A DNA stretch of 64,000 nt from Octopus bimaculoides (GCF_001194135.2 NC_068994.1:41106814-41170813), one strand, 5' to 3'. Counted from the stretch's first letter, positions 39,723 through 51,597 are shown. Made by a program: numbers and translations. Notes: generated by a model not told the origin, from the letters alone.

Positions 39723-40014
39723 ATATATATATATATGTGTGTGCAATTTCTGTTTGCTGAATATTACTAACAAGATCACGTGATAAGAGTTGTGACCTGA
39801 AGACTGCTTGACATAATGGACCATGTGATATCCTTTCTCTCTCTCTCACTCTCTCTTCCTTTCTTTTTTTCTTTTGTTATTCTTATGGTTTACTTGTTTG
39901 TTTAATGTAGGTGATATGTTCTTAGATGTTGTAGTCCTTCAGAGCTCTTTCAAGAAATCACAACACTGACGTAAAGGAACAGACAGACAGACATACACAC
40001 ACACACATAAACAC

Positions 40015-40175
40015 ACACAATGGGCTTCCATGCAGTTTCCATTTACCAAATTCACACAAAGTATTGATCAACTTGGAGCTTTTAGAAATAGGCACTTACC
40101 TGTGATGCCATGCAGTGTGGGACTGAAGCCCATAACCACATGGCTGTGAAGCGAGCTTCTCAAACACACAGTTGT
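40015..40175 (-). mobile_element. SINE family A, 5' part
   Basis: GGGCTTCCATGCAGTTTCC...GTGATGCCATGCAGTGTGGGACTGAAGCCCATAACCACATGG. Confidence 0.75.
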
Positions 40176-40950
40176 GCCTGTGCCCCTGAGTAGGGGATAT
40201 TTCCATTTACATTTGACTATCAAAACAGGCCAGAGGTACCAGTGATTCTTAGAAAAACTCAATACGGTGAATCATCCATTCATGGATTTATTTGATCAGA
40301 ACATGTTCCAGCAATTGAATATTTATTGAACAAGTATGAGAATTAAATGGAACAATTTCTTGTATTTTTCTTTTTGTATTTTGCTTTTTCTTCCAGACAT
40401 ATTTTAATCAAAAACATACATTCTGTAGGTTTTATTTTTTACAATAATTTATATTAATTTATATATTTTATTTTTCAATTTACCCATTTCCTCATTAATT
40501 TGTAAATGTATTCTTATTAATTTATATAATAGTTTGTTAGTATGTACGTGTTAATGTATGCATGTGTATATATGTTTTCATGAATGTAGGCTTGTATTAG
40601 GTCATGTATATAATGATTGCATCCATGTCACAATAGTGTGTGTGTGTGTGTACACAACTGACATATCGGTTTACTATTATGAATACATACGCATAAGTGG
40701 TGGTGATAGTGGTAGTGGTGGTGGTGGTAGTGGTGTGGATTATGGAGAAAGTGTTCGTTCAGCTTGTATTGTTTAGAGAGAATAATATGATTTCATTTCA
40801 TTATTTTCAGCTCCATAATTCTTGATTAAGATATTTTTTTTTTACTTTTTTAATGATTAGTTCTTGTAAAATAGCAAAACGTGTAATTTTTCCCTATACT
40901 TTGTTTTTATGTAATACATGTAGCTATCTATCTATGTAAAGTATATATCA

Positions 40951-41005
<55 letters not shown>

Positions 41006-41008
<3 letters not shown>

Positions 41009-41061
41009 TGCCTATAATAGGACATCTAACCCGCGGGTTAGATGTCCTATTATAGGCATCT
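41006..41061. repeat. Perfect 56-bp spacerless palindrome
   Basis: AGATGCCTATAATAGGACATCTAACCCG|CGGGTTAGATGTCCTATTATAGGCATCT. Confidence 0.97.
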
Positions 41062-41104
41062 CTGTATTTTAATGAATAATATATATATAGTCTATTGACT
41101 AATT

Positions 41105-41185
41105 TTTATTCTTGCTGGACCACTGGTGGTAAATTAAATTTCTAAAATTTTTTTTGCTGCCCTATGATTTATTAATTATATATAT
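41105..41185. repeat. Dispersed repeat terminus ending in a TA tract (second copy at 48349-48430)
   Basis: GACCACTGGTGGTAAAT...AAATTTCTAAAATTTTTTTGCT.CCCTAT.ATTTATTAATTATATAT occurs at both sites. Confidence 0.8.
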
Positions 41186-41200
41186 GTATCATTACCATGT

Positions 41201-41420
41201 CATCATCATCATATCATCATTATAATCATCTTCATCATTAATTTACATCTGCTTTCCATGCTGACATAGGTTGGATAGATCATCACTGTTCTTACTGTTC
41301 TTAATGGAAGCTGTTACAACAAAAGATTTATGCTCGTATGTGTCATTTGGCTTGGTTCCTACACCTGGATGCCCTTTCTATAACCAATCACTTCACAGAG
41401 TGCATTTTCTCATGTCACCA
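41201..41420 (-). mobile_element. Old RTE LINE 3' UTR
   Basis: (CAT)n then TTTACATCTGCTTTCCATGCTGACATAGGTTGGA...CTGGATGCCCTTTC. Confidence 0.75.
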
Positions 41421-41487
41421 ATAGTAGAGAAATTGAATGCTTCTCACAGTGCAGGACTAAGTAAAGGGACTTCACAAATGTAAACAC

Positions 41488-41520
<33 letters not shown>

Positions 41521-41530
41521 TGTATGTATG

Positions 41531-41573
<43 letters not shown>

Positions 41574-41590
41574 TTCTTTCNNNNNNNNNN

Positions 41591-41641
<51 letters not shown>

Positions 41642-42018
41642 GCAGGAGTGGCTGTGTGGTAAGTAACTTGCTTACCAGCCACATGGTTCTTGGCACCTTG
41701 AGCAAAGTGTCTTCTACTATAGCCTCGGGCCGACCAAAGCCTTGTGAGTGGATTTGGTAGACGGAAACTGAAAGAAGCCTGTCGTATATAAATGTATATA
41801 TATGTGTGTGTGCGTTTGTGTGTTTATGTTTGTCCCCCCAGCATCGCTTGACAACCGATGCTGGTGTGTTTACGTCCCCGTTACTTAGCAGTTCGGCAAA
41901 AGAGACCGATAGAATAAGTACTAGACTTACAAAGAATAAGTCCTGGGGTCGATTTGCTCGACTGAAGGTGGTGCTCCAGCATGGCCACAGTCAAATGACT
42001 GAAACAAGTAAAAGAGTA
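41642..42018 (+). mobile_element. SINE family A, least-diverged copy (short deletion in the B-box region)
   Basis: GCAGGAGTGGCTGTGTGGTAAG head, GGCACCTTGAGCAAAGTGTCTTCTACTATAGCCTCGGG, internal TA/TG tract, tail CAAATGACTGAAACAAGTAAAAGA; CpGs retained. Confidence 0.93.
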
Positions 42019-42029
42019 TATATATATTC

Positions 42030-42200
42030 TTTTATTCTTTTACTTGTTTCAGTCATTCGATTGTGGCCATGCTAGAGCACTGCCTATTAGGTGAAGAAAT
42101 TGACCCCAAGACTTATTCTCTGTAAGCCTGGTACTTATTTTATAGGTGTCTTTTGCTGAACTGGTAAGTTATGGGGATGTGAATACACCAACATAGACAC
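42030..42200 (-). mobile_element. SINE family A tail, tail-to-tail with the 41642 copy
   Basis: TTTTACTTGTTTCAGTCATT...TGGCCATGCTAGAGCAC...GACCCCAAGACTTATTC. Confidence 0.85.
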
Positions 42201-42204
42201 AATG

Positions 42205-42244
<40 letters not shown>

Positions 42245-42260
42245 GTATGTATATATATAA

Positions 42261-42588
42261 TCTTCTACTTGTTTCAGTCATTTGTCAGTGGCCATGCTAG
42301 AGCACCTTCTTTTGTCGAACTAATCAACCCCAGGACTTATTCTCTCAGTCTCTTTTGCTGAACCACTAAATTACAGGAACATAAACACACCAAAATTGGT
42401 TGTCAGTGGTGGGGGGGACAAACACACACACACACACACACATATAGACGATGGGCTTCTTTCAGTTTCTGTCTACCAAATCCACTCACAAGATTTTGGT
42501 CGGCTCGAGGCTATAGTAGAAGACACTTACCCAAGATGCCACGCAGTAGGACTGAACCGGAAACCATGTGGTTGGGAAGTAAGCTTCT
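42261..42588 (-). mobile_element. SINE family A, near full length
   Basis: Reverse complement has head, CORE-like segment, VNTR and tail. Confidence 0.9.
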
Positions 42589-43364
42589 TCTCATGCTGGG
42601 ACACCACATTTATACAAACAGACACACACACATGTGCATGTGTGCATGCATATACATACATGTATGTGTGTGTTTGTGTGCATGTATACATATCCATACA
42701 TTCATGTGTACAGCACAGGCACACATACAAACAAATTTGAGTCAACCTTTATTTCTATTGACTATTGTGTCTCAATAAAAATCTAAGAATTTCATTAAAT
42801 CATATATTTCTGGAAAGAATTTAATTTAAGCCTAACATATTTTTGTGAATCATACGTTTTGCAAGGTCACCCAATGTATTAGAAATGGCAGCCAAATGCA
42901 TGCTCCACTAACCACTCCTAACTATTTTAGAAAATCAAAAGGTTTCATTAGATAGTCTAAAACTAGATACCCCTTGCAAGGCAGCATGGTAACTGATAAA
43001 ATTCCTTTGACTATGGTGAAGAGATTCAGGTTCAAGTTCCAACCTTTCACAGATTTTTCTGCTTTTGTATAAGTACACCAGTTCGTTTTCTGTATGTATG
43101 TCAGTCAGTAAATTTTGCTTGGCTTTAAAATATGAACACAGTTGTCATTCAATCATAGATTAACAAACAATAAATTTGTATTTGATTTAATTCGTTATTA
43201 ATTATTTAATTACTAATCTCCCAAATCTCTGATGCCAATTTAGTATTTAAAATACATCATATTTGTATATATTTATTATTTTCTTTTTATCTTAAGTTCT
43301 AAATTATATTTCATTCTTAGCCTGGGAACATTGCGGATCATTGTTAACTGATTAAATAAAATTT

Positions 43365-43800
43365 CACGTTGATGATGATGATGGTGATGATGATGATGAC
43401 AACGACGACAATGACGATGATGACAACGATGACGATGATGATGATGAAGATGGTAATGGCGATGATGATAATGATGACAGTGATGAAGATGATGTTGATG
43501 ATGACAACAATGATGACAATGACAATAGCGACGATGAAGTGGTGGTGGGGGTAATGGTGTTAGTGAAGGCAGTGGGCAATTCAGAAGTAGAGATGGTCAT
43601 CTTAGTGGTCAAAACCATTGTGATGGTGGTAGTAGTGGAAGCTGTGATGATAGAGGTCTTCATAACGATGGTGGTGATAGTGGTCCAAGTGTTGTTAATT
43701 ATTGTTGTTGCAGTGGGGGTTTTTTCAGTGAAGGGGGTGGTCTAAATGTGGATGGTAGTGGTAGTGATGGTTGAAGTGGTGATGATGGCAACAATGAAAA
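43365..43800. repeat. (GAT)n/(GGT)n degenerate trinucleotide array
   Basis: Directly visible. Confidence 0.95.
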
Positions 43801-44079
43801 TAGCTATGGAATGATGACAAATCTCATTATATGAAATACCCTTTTTAATTTATTCCTCGCAACTTATCCCTACTCACAGATGAATGGCCAACAGCTACAA
43901 GCAAGAGGTAGCAGTAACCTCGTGTACATCAAACACAGATGAAACATTTACACCAGAGATATCAGTTAAAGACATTATAGATGCAGAATACCAATAGCTT
44001 TTACCATAAGAACATTCAAGGAAAAATGTTTTGTGGTTAGGGTTAGGGTTATGGTTAAGTAGTAGTACTATCATCAATA

Positions 44080-44095
44080 ACAACACCAATAGCAA

Positions 44096-44132
<37 letters not shown>

Positions 44133-44260
44133 TGTAATAGTAGCAGCAGCAGCAGCAGTAGCAGCAGCAACAACAGCAGTAGTAATGATAGTAGTAGTAG
44201 TAGAAGTTGTAGTAGTAGCAGCAGCAACAACAGCAGTAGTAATGGTAGTAGTAGTAGTAC
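44080..44260. repeat. (AGT)n/(AGC)n compound array
   Basis: Directly visible; source of the poly-L/S/T pseudo-ORFs. Confidence 0.95.
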
Positions 44261-44299
44261 CTCTGAGAAATCCAACTAGATGCACCAGTACCTGAAGAA

Positions 44300-45312
44300 A
44301 ATGTGTCTCCCACTGACAAGCCATAACAAATTAAAACCATAGCAAAACAAACCAGCCTCCAATACATTAAGGAGATGAAACGGAAGGAAAAACTACTATG
44401 TGGCAAATGCTGTTTGGTGTTAGGGACCTTTATGTAGATCAAACCTTTACTCATCAGTGGTTGGTGTGTTCTGGTCAAAAATCAGAAGCTAAGGGGTATA
44501 TCATTGCTGCTCAGGACCAGTCTCTTCCATTTGGGAATTATCAGAGTAGTGTCCTGAAACATGAAAGCAGCTGACCATGCTGGATATGCAGAGAACATCC
44601 AGAGACAACTGACCACATAATCTCTGGATGCAGCAGACTGGAACCAACAGAATACTTGCAATGGCATGACAGGGCAGCTCAGTACATGCAAAGGTCAATA
44701 TGCCACACATACTGCCTACCTCACAAAGATAGTTGCTAGGAACACAAGCCATCACAAGTTGCCCAGAATGCCAAAGTTACCATCCTTTGGAATTTCAATG
44801 TTCAGACTGATTGGGCAACACCAGGAATCAACCAGATCTCATTGTGAAAAATCATATTGAAAAGACTTAAGTCCCAGCTAAAAAAAAATTCATCTCTGAA
44901 AACGTTTGAAAAACTGAGCAAATATAAGGACCTGAGGATTGAAATTAGAAGAATGTGGCATCTCAAAGCAACATTACCTATTATTACATTATCATTGGGG
45001 CATTTAGAATGATGTCAAGGTGTAAACAGATATGTAGGTCAAATTCCTGGTAACCCAGGAATAAGTGAATTATAAAAGATTATTTTTATGGATCCTCACA
45101 TCTTCAACATAAATACCTCTCCATGTAAAAGCAACCTTACTCTTTTCTTTACTCTTTTCCTTTCTTCCACAGACATCAATGTTTCCAATTGCATTGCACC
45201 TCACCTAATTAGCATCTTTAGATGCAAAACCTTGTTGTCACTTGATGTCTTTGGTTGAGACTTGGGTGTAATTAAATTTAGATTAAAGCAAAAGCAAAAT
45301 GTAATAAATAAT
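44300..45312 (+). mobile_element. R4/Dong-like (REL-type) non-LTR retrotransposon 3' remnant, with stops and frameshifts
   Basis: Translation gives HQWL...EAKGYIIAAQDQSL...CWICREHPETTDHIISGCSRLEPTEYLQWHD (CCHC knuckle), ILWNFNVQTD, NQPDLIV, and EKLSKYKDLRIEIRRMW (restriction-like endonuclease region); 3' end is TAA-rich. Confidence 0.85.
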
Positions 45313-45379
45313 GGTATTTTATTGATTTTGAATATGCATATGTATACACACACATATTCATATATATATNNNNNNNNNN

Positions 45380-45488
45380 ACTATGGTAAATAATAGGGGG
45401 CTGAGGACGGAACCTTGGTGGACCCCTACCTCTACCCGGAATTCATTGCTGTACTCATTTCCAACCCTCACCTTACTGGCCGCATCTC
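45380..45488 (-). mobile_element. RTE reverse-transcriptase fragment with intact frame, abutting a 10-N gap
   Basis: DAASKVRVGNEYSNEFRVEVGVHQGSVLSPLLFTIV contains the G..QG..LSP.LF RT motif. Confidence 0.92.
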
Positions 45489-45589
45489 TATATATATATA
45501 TATATTTGCAAATGATTTGTTTATAGTAATTGAATGTTTATGCTCTACATTAGCTCACTCTCTCCATCAAATATCAAATTGATGCTGAC

Positions 45590-45758
45590 TGAATAGGTGT
45601 GCATGGTGTACCACATGTCAGGTGTCAAGGTCATTGCAGCAAAACGTAAAATGAAGTGCTTTGTTCAAGAACATAATGCACCACCCTGTCTAAGAATTGA
45701 AACCACGATCTCACGATTATGAGTGCAACACCCTAACCACTAGGCCATGTGCCCTCAC
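45590..45758 (-). mobile_element. tRNA/CORE SINE
   Basis: GTGCTTTGTTCAAGAACATAATGCA...AATTGAAACCACGATC...CCCTAACCACTAGGCCATGTGCC reverse-complement head plus CORE-like segment. Confidence 0.8.
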
Positions 45759-46272
45759 ACATGCATGCACACACACACACGAGATTCAGAAACTTTTGGT
45801 ATGGAAAACACTTAGTAGCACTCAAATGATTTGAACTTAGACTCTGATGTCTTTATGAGAGACCAATTTAGACCTAGACTTTGATGTCCTTATAAAAGAC
45901 TAATTCAACAGGGTATGGCTATAATAGGAATCAAGATGAGTAGATATGGAGGCATTTATGTGGCTGCCTCATTATCTGAAATGCAAGATTCTGTTCTACC
46001 CTGATGACAGAAGTTCAATTTATCCTATATTTATTTCCTTCCAATACAGGCTGCATACTTCAGTGATCTACATCTACATCTATGATGAATCTCCAAGCCT
46101 CCATAAACAGCTGTTGGGCTTATAACACCTCACTTCTTCCCTTTTAATTTTCTCTTTCAATTTTACTCTGTGTAAGTTTGATCTATTAGTATATAAATAT
46201 CTGTATATTTAGACTTAAATATTCATCATCCGAAAATCTTCAGTCATTGCTTTGTTTCTGTTTGCATGTATA

Positions 46273-46331
<59 letters not shown>

Positions 46332-46947
46332 GTATAGTGTATATCATACCCAAGGTGTTATGTTTAATTTGTTTATCTGCATAATTGCCTCTCTCTCTAT
46401 CTTTATATATATAATATATATACATATATATATATATATCTGTAAATAGTGAGAGATTACTCCAAATGTTTACCAGTTTGCTCTCAGTTAGTCATTCAAA
46501 ACAGGTTATTCAACAGTTAATATATAAATCCAATAATATTCTCATAAGATAAGAATTTAGAGATATATTCTGTTGGATAATTCTGAATATATTACCTGCA
46601 CTATATAGGTTTCCTGGAGCATATAATATCAACAATGATGATGCTAAGGATTATTATGAAGTGTCATAGCATTACCTTTAATTCTTTTTATATATATACA
46701 GCTTTACATAGACCTACACATGTTTCAACTCCACTGATTAGTAAACATGGCAACTGCAACCCTATTATAATACCAGCGCAGTTTCTTCATATCCTTTGAT
46801 TTTGAAAACTATATATATTTCATGCAAGAATTTAGCAGTGCCACCTCTACCTCAACAGTTATTCTGTGCTGATGAAGAGGAATAACCCAGAAATTGCGAT
46901 ATACACATCTTGTTTTGTGCTGAGTGGGGATGCTAAACTCCCTTGTC

Positions 46948-47041
46948 CTGAGGTCAGTTTGTTCAACTAAAACCTCTCGAGGCAATGCTCCACCATGGCC
47001 ACAGTCAAATGACTGAAACAAGTAAAAGAATAAAAGAATAG
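46948..47041 (+). mobile_element. SINE family A tail
   Basis: CATGGCCACAGTCAAATGACTGAAACAAGTAAAAGAATAAAAGAATA. Confidence 0.8.
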
Positions 47042-47546
47042 AGTAAGCATTGGGGTGGCGCCTTGTAAAATTGTTGAACAGGGTGTTCTAGTATAACTAC
47101 ATTCTAGTTGACCGAAACTAGGAAAAAAAATGTAAAAAACAACGATTAGCATAATTACATGAAGTCTGTGTTTGAATCCATAACCAAAAGACCAATTGGT
47201 GATCATTTTAATTAGTTAACACATTTTTATAAATGGCTTGCTTTTTATTTCTTTATTTTGATATATTGATAAAAAGAAAAAAAAAAGCATGTAATATAAA
47301 GTATTCTGTTCGTTATTGAAACCATTCAGCAATATGTTGAATTGAGCTTCCTTGTGAGAGCAATGAAGATCAAAGATAAAATATCAAAATATCAAAATAG
47401 TTGATATTTAGAGTCAAGGTCAATAGTATTTTATTAGGCTACTGATTGGGTGATATTGAGCTGTTTTTATTTTCACATATGAAGATCCAGTTTTATTTAT
47501 TGTAAGTTTCTTAGTTCATATACATGTATGTATGTATATATATATA

Positions 47547-47590
<44 letters not shown>

Positions 47591-48451
47591 AATGTAAATA
47601 CACACACACACATATGTATATATAAACATGCATATATATATATATATATATATATNNNNNNNNNNNNNNNNNNNNNNNNNNNNNNNNNNNNNNNNNNNNN
47701 NNNNNNNNNNNNNNNNNNNNNNNNNNNNNNNNNNNNNNNNNNNNNNNNNNNNNNNNNNNNNNNNNNNNNNNNNNNNNNNNNNNNNNNNNNNNNNNNNNNN
47801 NNNNNNNNNNNNNNNNNNNNNNNNNNNNNNNNNNNNNNNNNNNNNNNNNNNNNNNNNNNNNNNNNNNNNNNNNNNNNNNNNNNNNNNNNNNNNNNNNNNN
47901 NNNNNNNNNNNNNNNNNNNNNNNNNNNNNNNNNNNNNNNNNNNNNNNNNNNNNNNNNNNNNNNNNNNNNNNNNNNNNNNNNNNNNNNNNNNNNNNNNNNN
48001 NNNNNNNNNNNNNNNNNNNNNNNNNNNNNNNNNNNNNNNNNNNNNNNNNNNNNNNNNNNNNNNNNNNNNNNNNNNNNNNNNNNNNNNNNNNNNNNNNNNN
48101 NNNNNNNNNNNNNNNNNNNNNNNNNNNNNNNNNNNNNNNNNNNNNNNNNNNNNNNNNNNNNNNNNNNNNNNNNNNNNNNNNNNNNNNNNNNNNNNNNNNN
48201 NNNNNNNNNNNNNNNNNNNNNNNNNNNNNNNNNNNNNNNNNNNNNNNNNNNNNNNNNNNNNNNNNNNNNNNNNNNNNNNNNNNNNNNNNNNNNNNNNNNN
48301 NNNNNNNNNNNNNNNNNNNNNNNNNNNNNNNNNNNNNNNNNNNNNNNNTTTTTTACTCTCGCTAGACCACTGGTGGTAAATAAAATTTCTAAAATTTTTT
48401 TTGCTACCCTATAATTTATTAATTATATATATTTATATATATATATATATA

Positions 48452-48730
48452 GCTGTTTTACTTGTATTAGTTATTGGACTAAAGCTTTAGTCAAATGAAC
48501 CCCCCCCCACTCCCACCCTGCTGCCACCACTACTTACCCTTAAAGTCTGGTACTTGTTCTATTGGTCTGTTTTACTGAATCACCAAGTTACAAGGATGTA
48601 AACAAAAGCAGTTGTCAAGTGATGGTGGTGGTGGTGGTAGTGGCGGTGGTGGAGAGCCAAACACAAAGACATACACACACATGCACGCACACATATATTA
48701 TAGGATGAGCTTCCACACAGTTTGGTAAGT
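48452..48730 (-). mobile_element. SINE family A, old
   Basis: CTGGTACTTGTTCTATTGG...CAAGTTACAAGGATGTAAACAAA...GTTGTCAAGTGATGGTGG. Confidence 0.65.
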
Positions 48731-49283
48731 AATATAGTAGATGCATAGGAATAGCTAACTGAAAGAGCAGCCATGAAATAAATTCTATAAGGTACCTTTG
48801 AAGAAGTTGATACTTTCTGCAAAACTGAGGCATGTAATTTAGCTTTGAGCAGCATATCACAAAAGTATAGGCACCAGAGTAAGAATGGGCTGGAAAATCT
48901 TCAATTGCTATATCAAGAAAGAGATTTTCTCTTCGAGTAAAGAGCATGACTGAAGAATTGAGTTCAGGAATATCAAAATACAAACCCTCAACAATTTTTA
49001 AGAAGTATTGCACACAATTTGTCTTCAGAAATTCTTTTTTAAATAAATTAAACTTTCTTATCCTAACTCTGCTTCACAATGTACTCGCTATTATTTTTTA
49101 TCCTATTGCTATAATAGAATGTGTGCTAAAATTTAATCTTTTCTTTCTTCATCACAAATTAAATTATTTTAAAAATTTTGTGACAAGTCTTTTTCATAGA
49201 TTCTTGCTCAATGGGAGTACCTTAAAGTGATCCCATTTCAATTCAAGTAGATTATAAAGATTATTTTCTATCTCACCTTCAGG

Positions 49284-49450
49284 CTCTCTCTCTCTCTTTC
49301 ACTCTCTCTCTCTTTCTCTTTCACTCTCTCTCTCTCTCTTTCACTCTCTCTCTCTCTTTCACTCTCTCTCTCTTTCACTCTCTCTCTCACTCTCTCTCTC
49401 TCTCTTTCACTCTCTCTCTCTCTCTTTCACTCTCTCTCTCTCTCTCTTTT

Positions 49451-49495
<45 letters not shown>
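49284..49495. repeat. Compound minisatellite of TTCA interspersed with (CT)n
   Basis: Directly visible. Confidence 0.95.
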
Positions 49496-49498
<3 letters not shown>

Positions 49499-49579
49499 TA
49501 AGACTTGAGAGACAGACAGATTAAGTAACATAGGTATTGACCCACTGTCTAGAGAAACTGACCACGGTGATTATTAGAG

Positions 49580-49674
49580 GGTGGAATTTACCATGGTGGA
49601 ATATACCGTGGTGGAATTTACCTATGGAGAAATTTACCTGGTGGAATTTACCACGCTGGAATTTACCTAGAACC
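49580..49674. repeat. Six 15-bp tandem units GGTGGAATTTACCNN ending CTAGAACC
   Basis: Units start at about 49580, 49595, 49610, 49625, 49640 and 49655. Confidence 0.9.
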
Positions 49675-49724
49675 AACTGGATGTGTAATACATCATATTT
49701 GATGGCATGTAAGACATATGGAGG

Positions 49725-50110
49725 TACATGTCTTAGTAGCAAGGGTGTTGGAGTCATGATCATAAGATAGTGGCTTTGATTCTTGAACTGGGCAATGCAT
49801 TGTGTTCTTGAGAAAAACACTTCATAACGTTGCTCATGTCCACACAGCTGGTAAAACAGAGTAATCCTGCAATGGATCAACATCCCATTTGGGGAGGTGG
49901 AGGTATGTGGTATAGTGGTTAGGGTGCTGAACTCCTAATCATAAGATTGTGGTTTCAAAACACCTTCATTTCATGTTGTTCGAGTTCTCACAGCTAGTGA
50001 AAATTAGTAACCCTCTGATGGACTGCATCCCATCCATGTGGGGAATATATATGCTATGAACCCAGGAAACTGGCCCTTATGAGTTGGTATGATTTTAGAA
50101 GGCAACCTTA
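49725..50110 (+). mobile_element. Two tandem tRNA/CORE SINE copies
   Basis: Both have a TAGTGGTTAGGGTG-like head, CATAAGAT and a CACAGCT(G/A)GT..AAA..AGTAA(T/C)CCT(G/C) segment; junction near 49895. Confidence 0.7.
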
Positions 50111-50397
50111 CGTTTAACTTTAATACTTGGGGAGGAATATATATGCCAGAAGGGCCAGGAAACCAGCCTTAAGCTCCTTATGGAGTAACATGGGCTAATC
50201 AAGACACTCTATTTTCTAAAGAAAATCAATAGAAGTTTTGGGTCCTATTTGCAAAGTTGGGTGTCCCACAAGCTACTTTTGTCTTTGACACTCATACATT
50301 CCTGAATAGTGTACTGCTGAAATTAGACTGTGTCTAAGGTGTCCGTTTGTCCATGTGTGTATCCATGAATGATGGAGTACAAAGAAGCTAAGATGTA

Positions 50398-50775
50398 ATA
50401 GTGGTATAAGATGTGGTGTGCAAAAGAGAAGACTGTTTTTGCATGGATATGTGTGATGTACATGAATGATGACCATTAATGGAAAATGAAGTGCTAAGGG
50501 ATTCGAGTGCCAGCATGAGGAATAGGAAGACATAGGGAAATGGAAGGAAGCAGTGAAGATTTATCTCAGGAGATCGAATCTCATGAAGGAGATGACAAAA
50601 GATCTCCACAAATGGCAAGAAGCTGCACTAGGGAAGACCCGTTCAATATATGTAAGTATGGAAAAAAAAATGGATGCAGAATGATGATGATGATGATGAT
50701 GATGACGATGATAATGATGATGATGATGATGATGATGATGACGATGATAATGATGATGATGATGATGATGATGAT
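50398..50775 (+). mobile_element. Old RTE LINE 3' remnant with expanded (GAT)n tail
   Basis: Encodes GIRCGVQKRRL, then EMTKDLHKWQEAALGKTR (compare EAMTTDRDLWKCAVREKTR). Confidence 0.8.
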
Positions 50776-51597
50776 GGTGATGGCGGTAGTGGTGGCAGGG
50801 TGGGGTGAGAAATATTGTTTTATATTTTTATGTTTTACTGTTTTCTTTTATTGTTTTATTCATATTTCAATGCAAATGAATAAAACATTAAATAGATTAA
50901 TCCTATCGTTATTCACATGTTTTCAATATTTTTTTTTTTAAATTGTATAAAGAAAAGCTAGCTTTAAAATCTTAAGAAGGGAAACAAAAATTTACTGCTT
51001 TAGAAAAGTGGCAAATAAAAACACCCATACACATGCACACACACACACTCACACACATACATACACACACTTACACACATACACACACTCATACATGTAC
51101 GTTTACATATACATGCACTGGCACCACTACAATCACCACCACTGCCACTACCACCAACACCACCATCATCGTCATCATCATTTTACATTTACTTTTTCCA
51201 TACTTTGATGATGATAATGATATATATATATATATATATACACACGTACACACACACACACACACACACGCACACACATATGTATATATGTTTGTATATC
51301 CAAATGTGAGTAGATGTGTGTGTGTTTAATACGATCTATATCTCCTGCAGCATTTCAATCTAGTTATGAAGTAACTCTCTCTTTCTCTCTCTCTTCTTCT
51401 CTTTCTCTTTCTCTCTCTTCCTCTCTCTCTCTTTCTCTCCATCTCACACTATTTCTCTTTATATATACAAATGCATGTATGTATTATGTATCTTCTAGGA
51501 TATAGTATAGAGAAAATAACTGAAGCAGTACTTCATATCAGTTGAGTGGGATATTTCAGAAATTTCATGAAACAGCAGCTATTGATGTTGATGTTAT

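Noticed and set aside
41105-41165. CTGGTGG followed by AT-rich stems as a third hammerhead
   Set aside because: Multiple core mismatches, no GAAA, and no stem I complementarity on either strand.
44036-44056. TTAGGG telomere-like motif
   Set aside because: Only two to three units; common by chance or within repeats.
45838-45905. 37-bp-period imperfect tandem duplication
   Set aside because: Two diverged units only; ordinary slippage duplication.
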